Both the position numbers and the translations under genes were made by a program. A DNA stretch of 18,060 nucleotides, from the IMG/VR virus record IMGVR_UViG_3300028048_000115, positions 1 through 18,060 of that record. The stretch is one strand, 5' to 3'. Positions 1 to 6,911 of the stretch are shown here, one piece after another (position 1 is the first letter of the stretch; every line of letters begins with the position of its first letter). The notes under the pieces are model-generated. The model was not told the origin of the DNA, ran no database searches, and saw only the letters and a program-made list of their open reading frames with translations. This DNA is from a virus (lineage: Duplodnaviria; Heunggongvirae; Uroviricota; Caudoviricetes).

Positions 1-315
1 ACAAATATTATCCAAGCTCTCAGGTCTGTTCTAAATGTGGAGAAAGGCATCCAGAAATGAAAGATGTTACCAATCGTACACTAAAGTGTAAATGTGGTAA
101 TATTATTGATAGAGATTATAATTCAGCAATTAATATTTTAAAATTCGGTGAGACTGTTGTTTACAACAAATCTCACCAAACTCTTGGGAAGGACCTCTCG
201 GAGTATAAAGCCTTCAAACTTCAAGATTTTTGTGTTACACGCACAAGTCCAAATGTTTGAACTAGAATTAGTTTCTAAATGGAAGCATCTATCCTTCAGG
301 GTAGATGTAGGTCAC
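1..315 (+). mobile_element. Right part of an IS200/IS605-family (tnpB) element; right end at TCAC 312-315
   Basis: TnpB C-terminus followed by a typical right-end layout: GAAG, hairpin CATCTATCC-TTCA-GGGTAGATG (286-307), TAGG, TCAC. Left part lies outside the window. Confidence 0.8.
3..260 (+). CDS. tnpB: TnpB RNA-guided nuclease, C-terminal part (5' truncated by window edge)
   Basis: The frame of ORF 57..260 is open from nt 3: KYYPSSQVCSKCG...CKCGNIIDRDYNSAINI, the TnpB zinc ribbon plus the RuvC-III DRD-x-NA/SA-x-NI motif. Confidence 0.88.
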   Translation, partial: KYYPSSQVCSKCGERHPEMKDVTNRTLKCKCGNIIDRDYNSAINILKFGETVVYNKSHQTLGKDLSEYKAFKLQDFCVTRTSPNV

Positions 316-335
316 CTTGAAAATCCTCAGCTAAT
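185..335 (+). ncRNA. Putative TnpB omegaRNA (scaffold to 315, guide from the ~20 nt of 3' flank); 5' boundary approximate
   Basis: Established position for omegaRNA (overlaps the tnpB 3' end and right end). Visible stems: TTCAAAC 213-219 with GTTTGAA 255-261, TTGTG 230-234 with CACAA 242-246, and the terminal hairpin 286-307. Confidence 0.55.
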
Positions 336-849
336 TAAAGAGAATATCCCAATGGAAACTATGGGTTCCTTAATTGTTGGTGATTATGATTTGACCAACA
401 TCAATGATAGAAAATCTTTTATCAACGAACTTAAAGAAACTTGTACAATGTGCGATGATTTAGGCATTTCAAAAATGATGTTTGGAATGTCAAGATTTAG
501 AAAATCACCTAATTTAAAATTTTTTGAAGAACTTTATTATATATGTAAAGATAAAAATAAAATTCTTATGTATGAAGCAATTTCAAAAGACCCTTTTATT
601 TCTACTCACAAAGAATTAATTGAGTTTTCAAAACGTTTAGGAATTGATGGAATTCACGTTGATTTTGGAACCATTTTAAAAAACAATGAGGATTTTAAAG
701 AAATCGAAAAATCGTATAATATATTAAACATTCATTTCCCATTTGGAATGCAACCGAATATAAATCATAATATATCGCTTGAAAATTATTCTGGTACCAA
801 ATTGTCACAAAAGGAGATTGAAAATTGGTTAAAAAACCTAAAGCAATAG
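316..849 (+). CDS. Sugar-phosphate isomerase/epimerase-like TIM-barrel protein (xylose isomerase-like); 3' portion downstream of the IS, native N-terminus probably displaced
   Basis: Motifs TMGSLIVG, DDLGISKMMFG, LMYEA, GIHVDFG, NIHFP fit the AP-endonuclease-2/xylose isomerase fold. The part of the listed ORF 148..849 before 316 lies inside the IS end. Confidence 0.55.
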   Translation, partial: LENPQLIKENIPMETMGSLIVGDYDLTNINDRKSFINELKETCTMCDDLGISKMMFGMSRFRKSPNLKFFEELYYICKDKNKILMYEAISKDPFISTHKELIEFSKRLGIDGIHVDFGTILKNNEDFKEIEKSYNILNIHFPFGMQPNINHNISLENYSGTKLSQKEIENWLKNLKQ

Positions 850-1808
850 TTGTTGGCGCTGGTTTTTATGGGTTAATGCTTGCGACCTTTCTCAAAAAGA
901 AATACGATGTCTTGATTTTAGAGGAGCAAGCAGAACCAATGACTCAAGCATCCAATCTGTGCCAAATGCGTATTCATACTGGTATGATGTACCCCAGAAA
1001 TATTACTACTGCTATTTCCTGTTTAAAAACATTTAAACCATTTATGCTTAGATTTAAGGATGCTATCGTTGATGATTTTATAAGTCTGTATGCAGTCGCA
1101 AAGGACTCCAAAATTTCGGCATCCGATTTTTACAATGTTCAAAAAAGTTTAGGACAGAATATCAAAAAAGCAAAATTTGATATTTTTGATAACGTTCAGG
1201 AAGTTTTTGAATGTACCGAATTTACGTTTGACATTGAAATAATCAAGCAAACACTTTTAAATGAAATTGATAATGTTTTATATAATAAAAAGGTAACAAA
1301 CTTATACAAAAACACTTTAGTATGCTCTGACTCATCAATTTATATGTTTGATAAAGTCTTTTTGTGCTCTTATGCTGGAATAAATGACATTTTATTAAAT
1401 TCAGACTTGCCTATTTTTGAAAACTATAAAACCGAAATTTCAGAAAAGATTTATTTTAGGGATAATCTTGACAATGTTGCTCTTTGTGTGGTTGACGGAA
1501 ATTATTTTTCGTCTATGTGTTTACCTAAACGTTTCAATGGTCTTAAAACATTAACTGGTGCTGACTTAACCAACAATCTAATTTCAAAAACCTCTAATTA
1601 CGAAAAGGTTTTTGAAAGAGTTAGAAAGTATATTCCAGAAATTAAACTTGAGTACAAGTTTTCTGATTTTGGGGAAAAATGTTATATCCAAACGCCAGAT
1701 AATCAAAACCGAATCTGTCACGTTTTAAAAACTGACAATGTATATTCTATTTTGGGTGGTAAAATTAATAATGTCTTTGACTTATTTAAGGAGTTGAAGA
1801 ATGTTTAA
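825..1808 (+). CDS. FAD-dependent oxidoreductase (DAO-like)
   Basis: N-terminal GAGFYG Rossmann motif, ASNLCQMRIHTGMMYPR, C-terminal GGKI. TTG start 8 nt after AAGGAG (811-816). Confidence 0.8.
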   Translation: MVKKPKAIVVGAGFYGLMLATFLKKKYDVLILEEQAEPMTQASNLCQMRIHTGMMYPRNITTAISCLKTFKPFMLRFKDAIVDDFISLYAVAKDSKISASDFYNVQKSLGQNIKKAKFDIFDNVQEVFECTEFTFDIEIIKQTLLNEIDNVLYNKKVTNLYKNTLVCSDSSIYMFDKVFLCSYAGINDILLNSDLPIFENYKTEISEKIYFRDNLDNVALCVVDGNYFSSMCLPKRFNGLKTLTGADLTNNLISKTSNYEKVFERVRKYIPEIKLEYKFSDFGEKCYIQTPDNQNRICHVLKTDNVYSILGGKINNVFDLFKELKNV

Positions 1809-2529
1809 ATTTCCAAATAAATTCCTCAAGCAAAGATAACTGGTATTCCGATGAATATAACATTCCTGTGTTATTGTAGCATTTATCAAAGTTCTTTTTT
1901 AAATTGAAAGAGTAATTATATCCACATTTATTAAATACATTGATAATATCAGAAATCCAAACTGGTTCCGAAAATCTATTTAAAACCCTTATATCCTTTG
2001 CTTTTAACATATCAAAGTCGTGCTTAAGATTATCAAGACAGTACAACTGCATTGTATAATCTTCCTTGATATTTTCAAGAAAATGCCCATTCATTAAATC
2101 ATAGATAATATTTTTTCTTAGGTTATTGCCAAACAAGCAACCAATTCTCAATGTATAGCAATTAAAAAAATCCTGACAATACTTTTCAAAAATTAATCTA
2201 TGGGTTCCGTATTTTGTTGGCGGAATATCAAAAAAATTCTCATTGGAAAAGGTGTTTGCGTTGCAATCTTGAGAGGAAACCAAAAAGAAATTGTCACAGG
2301 TTATCTCTTTTAGCTTAGTTAGAATTTTGAGAATGTTCTGTAGGTCCTCAAGTGGTTTAGCATTAGCAATATATTTTACACCAGGAACACAGCAACAATA
2401 AACATTATCAAAATGTCCTTTTAAATCGGAAAAGTTCTTTGAGTTATAACACTCTAATCCTTCCTTGTCGAGTTGGTCGTACAAATTTGAACCAACAAAT
2501 CCAGTATAGCCTAATAACGCATTTCTCAT
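1786..2529 (-). CDS. NAD-dependent epimerase/dehydratase (extended SDR)
   Basis: ALLGYTGFVGSNL Rossmann motif and catalytic YxxxR-like KYGTHRLIFE. ATG at 2529 follows a GAGG RBS; the track's TTG at 2538 is less likely. Confidence 0.78.
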   Translation of the reverse strand: MRNALLGYTGFVGSNLYDQLDKEGLECYNSKNFSDLKGHFDNVYCCCVPGVKYIANAKPLEDLQNILKILTKLKEITCDNFFLVSSQDCNANTFSNENFFDIPPTKYGTHRLIFEKYCQDFFNCYTLRIGCLFGNNLRKNIIYDLMNGHFLENIKEDYTMQLYCLDNLKHDFDMLKAKDIRVLNRFSEPVWISDIINVFNKCGYNYSFNLKKNFDKCYNNTGMLYSSEYQLSLLEEFIWKFKHSSTP

Positions 2530-2601
2530 AAAATCCAATCCTCTTTTTTAGATTTCAAAAATTGGTTCCAAGTTTTTTAAAAAGTAAAAATACAACTTTC
2601 A

Positions 2602-3546
2602 TTAGAACCTCGCTAAAATACTTGCTCTTACGTTTTCTGCTTCAAGGATGGCACACACATCTCCACTTCCATTTATAGAACAGGAATTTTTAGAAACCAT
2701 TTCAATCTCAACGGTTTGGGAAATAAATGTGATTTTTGGATCCTTATCGTAATTTGTTTTGTACTTACAGGTGATAACGTTTCCTTCCTTGACCAATTCT
2801 AAAGGTTCAATATACAGTCTTGCTGAGTAATCAACCTCATCTTGGTTAAGAACCCTATGCTTTGGGGCAAATTGAGGTTTACCGTCAATAACTTTAAAAT
2901 CGGTTTCCTCTGTTTCTCTATAAGGAGTATTAAAATTCATTGTTAATTGCTTAATCAATGGATACTCTTTAATTGGTTGGAAAAGATAACCAGATAATGT
3001 AAACTCAGCACTAACTGTACAAATGTTCATAGATTTATCTTCAAATCCTTCGGTTTCTATTCCTATACTTCCTAACTGAATTGGAACTCTTGTAGGGGTG
3101 CTTTCGTTTTCAGCGTCAAAAACATCAATCGCCACATTTGGATTGAATTTTGGTGCTATTTCCTCAACAATCTGACATGCTTCGTTCATTCCTCTACACA
3201 GAATTTTAAGTGAATATACAAACGTATAAGCAACCGAATTGTATTGATATTCCTGGCTTTGAGGAAGTCTTAACTGATGAATCTTGTTGTATTTTGAAGA
3301 CTGTCTGCTTGTATCAACACTAAAACTTGATAATTCTAACACCGCTCTTGGGAGTACATTAAGATTTCCTGTAACAATTTGGTCTTCTGTTTGAGTCATT
3401 AAAATTTCCTTTTCCCTAAATTTATAGTGAATTGGAATTTTCTTTTGAATGATTTGCTCACGCTCATTTTTGTACTCAACTTCTAGGTTGCTAAAGAAAT
3501 TGAGCATAGCTAATGTATATTTTCTTATAGTGTTATGATGAAACAT
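2602..3546 (-). CDS. gp15: T4 gp15-like tail sheath stabilizer/completion protein
   Basis: N-terminal F...TIRKY...FFSNLEV, KIPIHY, LPRAVLEL, YNSVAY, CQIVEEIAPKFNP and F-x-LSGYLF resemble gp15-family proteins. A late promoter lies 31 nt upstream. Confidence 0.75.
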   Translation of the reverse strand: MFHHNTIRKYTLAMLNFFSNLEVEYKNEREQIIQKKIPIHYKFREKEILMTQTEDQIVTGNLNVLPRAVLELSSFSVDTSRQSSKYNKIHQLRLPQSQEYQYNSVAYTFVYSLKILCRGMNEACQIVEEIAPKFNPNVAIDVFDAENESTPTRVPIQLGSIGIETEGFEDKSMNICTVSAEFTLSGYLFQPIKEYPLIKQLTMNFNTPYRETEETDFKVIDGKPQFAPKHRVLNQDEVDYSARLYIEPLELVKEGNVITCKYKTNYDKDPKITFISQTVEIEMVSKNSCSINGSGDVCAILEAENVRASILARF

Positions 3547-3547
3547 A

Positions 3548-3575
3548 TTGACATTCTGTTAAAATTTACTATAAT
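3548..3575 (+). promoter_or_regulatory. Consensus sigma70-type (early) promoter for the topoisomerase operon
   Basis: TTGACA (3548-3553), 16-nt spacer, TATAAT (3570-3575). Confidence 0.8.
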
Positions 3576-3576
3576 G

Positions 3577-3588
3577 TATTTATAAATA
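3577..3588. promoter_or_regulatory. Overlapping divergent T4-type late promoters (TATAAATA on both strands)
   Basis: Palindrome TATTTATAAATA: TATAAATA on + at 3581-3588 and on - at 3584-3577. Confidence 0.6.
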
Positions 3589-3612
3589 AATGTTTTAAAG
3601 AGAAAAAAAAAT

Positions 3613-3771
3613 ATGTTTGAGATTATAGAAGAAAAAGAGGTTATTAAAAAAAATGTTGAAACCGCAGAAACGGATATTAAGGATCCTATCGAGAAAAAGA
3701 TTGAGGAACTTGAAAAGAAAATCAAGGACCTGGAAACACGTTTAGAAGAAATCGAATGGAGATTTGAGTAA
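3613..3771 (+). CDS. 52-aa acidic coiled-coil protein (MFEIIEEKEV...LEEIEWRFE), not in the ORF track
   Basis: Open frame between the promoter and gp39, heptad pattern IEEKIEELEKKIKDLETRLEEI-like, and its stop overlaps the gp39 ATG (TAATG). Confidence 0.7.
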   Translation: MFEIIEEKEVIKKNVETAETDIKDPIEKKIEELEKKIKDLETRLEEIEWRFE

Positions 3772-5291
3772 TGGAAAATTACCTTAAAAAGACCTCACGT
3801 GAGCATATTCTTGAAAGACCAAATATGTACATTGGTGCTAACAATCTTGTTAAGTCCAATGAATACGTTTTGATCAACGACTCCCGCATTGGTATCAAAG
3901 AAGTCGAGTATGTTCCTGGGCTGCTTAAAATCATCAATGAAATTATTGACAATTCCGTTGATATTGCAATCAAGACGGGTTTTAAAGGTTGTAATGAAAT
4001 TTCCGTAAAAATGTACCCAGACTACGTGGAAGTTGTAGATAATGGACCTGGTATTCCTGTAAAGAAAAACACCGACGGGGAGTGGATCCCATTTGTGTGT
4101 TGGGGTTATGCAATGTCTGGTTCCAATTTCGGAAATGACCAAAACAGAACTCAAATTGGTATGAACGGCGTTGGTTCTTACTGCACTAATGTTTGGTCCA
4201 AGAAGTTTACTGGTATTTCTGATGACGGGGAAAACCGTTATGAGATTACCTTTAAAGATAATGCTAGTACCTTTGTTGATACCGTTAAAAAGTCCGTAGG
4301 ACATGGAGTTTCAGTAAAATTCTATCCTGACTTAGAAAGATTTGGATTAGAGAAAATCACTCAAGAACACATTGACCTAATTAAGCAAAGACTTGTAAAT
4401 CTGAATGTAACATTTCCTGAAATCACTTTTAAATTTAACGGAAAAAAGATAGGTATTACTTCTTTTAAGAAGTACATCAAACTTTTTGGTGACCAATACG
4501 AAGTTTTTGAAACCGAAAATTATCAGTTTGCAATTTTACCATCGGACACAGATGAATTCCAACAGTTTAGTTATGTAAACGGACTTAACATCAAAGACGG
4601 TGGAACCCACATTGATATTATCAGTTCTTACGTTTCTAATGGTATTAGGGACAAGTTAATCAGAAAGTACAAAACCTTAAAGCCAGCCGATATTAAGAAC
4701 AAACTTATGGTGGTTGCCTTTATCAAGAATTTTGCAAATCCAAAATTTAACTCACAGACTAAAGAAAAGATTACCAATACCACAGGTGAAATGAATGCCT
4801 ATTTTGGTGATAGTTCTTGGGAACCAATCATTAAGTCTGTTTTAAAAAATTCTGCCATCATTGACCCTATCGTTGATGTCTTCAAAATCAAGGAAGAGTT
4901 AAAGCGTAAAGCAGAAATGAAGGCAATTAGTAAACCTAAGAAAATCAAGAATGACAAATATGTTCCTGCAAATAAAGAAAATAAGTATCTAATGATTACC
5001 GAAGGTGAATCAGCCGCAGGTTCATTAATGCCAACTTTTGGAATGGAAGAGTGCGGTTATTATATGTTGAAAGGTAAACCATTAAATGCTTGGGACGTTT
5101 CTCAGCAGAAATTCACTTCCAATAAAGAATTATCTGATCTGTATAATATTATTAAAAATACAACTCACGAATCACCTGAAGAAGATGGCGACTGGTATGA
5201 AATAGAAATAGATGGCAAAATGCAAATAGTTAATGAGAATGACGAAATCTTTTATAAAGGTTCTTGGAAATTAGTTAAGGATTTACTATAA
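3771..5291 (+). CDS. gp39: Type II topoisomerase large subunit (GHKL ATPase, transducer, N-terminal half of TOPRIM), T4 gp39-like
   Basis: EHILERPNMYIG, EIIDNSVD, DNGPGIP, GMNGVG, ITEGESA, LKGKPLN. Ends before the DxD motif and carries a 43-aa extra tail. Confidence 0.95.
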   Translation: MENYLKKTSREHILERPNMYIGANNLVKSNEYVLINDSRIGIKEVEYVPGLLKIINEIIDNSVDIAIKTGFKGCNEISVKMYPDYVEVVDNGPGIPVKKNTDGEWIPFVCWGYAMSGSNFGNDQNRTQIGMNGVGSYCTNVWSKKFTGISDDGENRYEITFKDNASTFVDTVKKSVGHGVSVKFYPDLERFGLEKITQEHIDLIKQRLVNLNVTFPEITFKFNGKKIGITSFKKYIKLFGDQYEVFETENYQFAILPSDTDEFQQFSYVNGLNIKDGGTHIDIISSYVSNGIRDKLIRKYKTLKPADIKNKLMVVAFIKNFANPKFNSQTKEKITNTTGEMNAYFGDSSWEPIIKSVLKNSAIIDPIVDVFKIKEELKRKAEMKAISKPKKIKNDKYVPANKENKYLMITEGESAAGSLMPTFGMEECGYYMLKGKPLNAWDVSQQKFTSNKELSDLYNIIKNTTHESPEEDGDWYEIEIDGKMQIVNENDEIFYKGSWKLVKDLL

Positions 5292-6279
5292 TGTTGCATT
5301 ATGTTTATAGATTAACAGATACAAATCCTAGAGGTGATCTTAAACATTATATAGGAAAAAGGTCCTCAAAATATATTGATATTGGTAAAGAATATTTTAC
5401 TTCATCAAAAATTTTAAATGAATATTTTAGACACAATGTAAAACAGTTTAAAATAAAAGTTGTCAAAATTTTTAATACAAGTGCCGAAGCATTAATGTTC
5501 GAAAAACAATATTTAAATAGAGTTAAAGCATCCAAATCACCTCTTTTTTATAACAGATGTAATTCCGGTAGTAATGGCCGAAATGACAATGCAGGTATTG
5601 TTCACGTTCTTTTAAAAGAAAATGGTTTACCAATATCTGTATCTTGCGAAGAATACTATTCTCACCAAGAAAAATATATTCCTCTAAATAAAGGAAAAAC
5701 AATTTATAGAGATTCAAAAGGAAATTTGGTTCATTGTACCAAAGAATATGCTAAGGAAATAATTTAGTCGGTTTGAATTATGGATTTGTTTATACTAAAG
5801 ATAAAAACGGAAATAAAGTAAAAGTTTCAAAAGAATATTATAATTCTCATAAAGATGAATTTGAATTTAGAGAAAAAAGAATCATGGCATACAATATTAA
5901 AACTAATGAGAACGTATGCGTAACAAAAGAAGAATTTGAAAATAACGAAAATTTAAAAGGAATGTATGCCAAATATCAACGTGAATATAAACAATGTCCT
6001 TATTGTAATAATATGATTTCTGTTCAAAATTATGATAGACATATTTCAACATATAAAAACAGATATTATTGGGTATCTGATGGGGAAAATATTTTTAAAT
6101 GTAGGCAAGATGTTTATTGGTTGCATTATAAAAAAGATTATGTTATACTTAATAATATTAATGATCATCATAAATCATTAAATAATAATTATGTCCCATT
6201 AAATGGAAAATTGTATCACATTAGATATGTTGCAAAAATTAGAAAAAATTGTTATATAGGTAAAGAATATGAAAATTAA
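5291..6279 (+). pseudogene. Free-standing GIY-YIG (Seg-like) homing endonuclease, frameshifted near 5755-5760
   Basis: YVY...HYIG, YFTSSK, EALMFE...L, LFYN catalytic domain followed by repeated G-x-V-x-x-K/R-D/E-x-x-G...V-S/T-x-EEY/F modules that continue in ORF 5773..6279. One extra A in AAGGAAAT joins the two frames. Confidence 0.75.
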
Positions 6280-6814
6280 TAAATTAAAAACAATCACAGA
6301 TGAACAATTATCAGCATATAAGAATAATCCTAATATTAGACGAAGAAAAGTATTAAAGAGTGGATATCAATATATTGTTTATGCAACCGATCAGGATTTA
6401 GACTGACCCTTTGGGGGGGGTCAGTATAATTAAGGAAAAAAAGACGGCATACACATCCGTTCGTTACTTAGTGGGTTTATTCACAAGTATTTACCTGAAT
6501 ACGAAGGCCGTGTAGGTATTCTTGATACACCTGTTGTCGCATTTTTCAAGAATGATAAAATTCAGCATTGGATTTACAATCTTAATGAAGATATTGAAAT
6601 AAAGAAAGGCGAAAAGTCATTTTATTTCAAAGGTCTTGGTTCTTGGGACAAAAACGATTTACAGGAAGTTATTAAGGTCGATGGAATTGAAAAGATGATA
6701 AGTATCATCAATTTTGAAAACGGTGAGGAAAATCTTAATGATTGGTTAGGTTCTGATAGTGCTCCTAGAAAGAAGTTTATTCTTGAAAATACTTTTAGTA
6801 TAGCAGACGCTTAG
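6269..6814 (+). CDS. gp60: Type II topoisomerase small subunit, T4 gp60-like: 45 codons (6269-6403), 42-nt coding gap (6404-6445), 122 codons (6446-6811); predicted 167 aa by translational bypass
   Basis: Manual translation gives MKINKL...YIVYATDQDLD | GIHIRSLL...LDTPVV...YFKGLGSW...RKKFI, supplying the TOPRIM DxDG and KGLG motifs missing from gp39. Confidence 0.9.
6401..6445 (+). other. Putative programmed ribosomal bypass (hop) element
   Basis: Take-off GAC 6401-6403, stop TGA 6404-6406, hairpin ACTGACCC 6402-6409 with GGGTCAGT 6418-6425, second in-frame stop TAA 6431-6433, AAGGA 6432-6436, landing GAC 6443-6445. Confidence 0.8.
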
Positions 6815-6830
6815 TGTGATTTTAGTCACA
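6815..6830. promoter_or_regulatory. CRP-family-like operator
   Basis: Exact TGTGA-N6-TCACA, intergenic. Confidence 0.45.
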
Positions 6831-6847
6831 TTTTGAAATTAAAATTG

Positions 6848-6876
6848 TTGTTTTCCTTATTATAAAGATCTATATT
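6848..6876 (+). promoter_or_regulatory. Putative phage promoter for rtcB
   Basis: TTGTTT-17-TATATT, within the same AAAAT..GTTGTTTTC(C)TTAT context as the four copies at 11381-11670. Confidence 0.55.
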
Positions 6877-6911
6877 ATACATAGTAAGAAATGACTTTTT
6901 ATGGAGTTAAG

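Noticed and set aside
1-315. IStron (group I intron plus tnpB)
   Set aside because: The element appears to end in TCAC rather than a terminal G, and the 5' region that would hold the intron core is outside the window. Unsupported, not excluded.
3525-3725. Minus-strand 66-aa ORF
   Set aside because: Shadow of the + strand 52-aa gene; it would also span the promoter region.
3779-4304. Minus-strand ORFs 3779..3973 and 3795..4304
   Set aside because: Antisense to conserved gp39 ATPase motifs; no recognisable features.
5160-6360. Split intein joining gp39 and gp60
   Set aside because: No Cys/Ser-initiated block A and no His-Asn followed by Cys/Ser/Thr at the junctions.
6413-6420. G8 tract as a phase-variable switch restoring gp60
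   Set aside because: The TGA at 6404 precedes the tract, so no length change removes it. G7 shifts out of the GIHIR frame and G9 meets TAA. A length error would alter only the gap size.
6404-6445. Stop-codon reassignment or readthrough explaining the gap
   Set aside because: Two different stops are in frame, TAA, TAG and TGA all end genes elsewhere in the window, and readthrough would insert 14 residues into the DxDG metal-binding motif.
6404-6445. Self-splicing intron
   Set aside because: 42 nt is far too short for a group I or II core. RT-PCR is still advised as a control.
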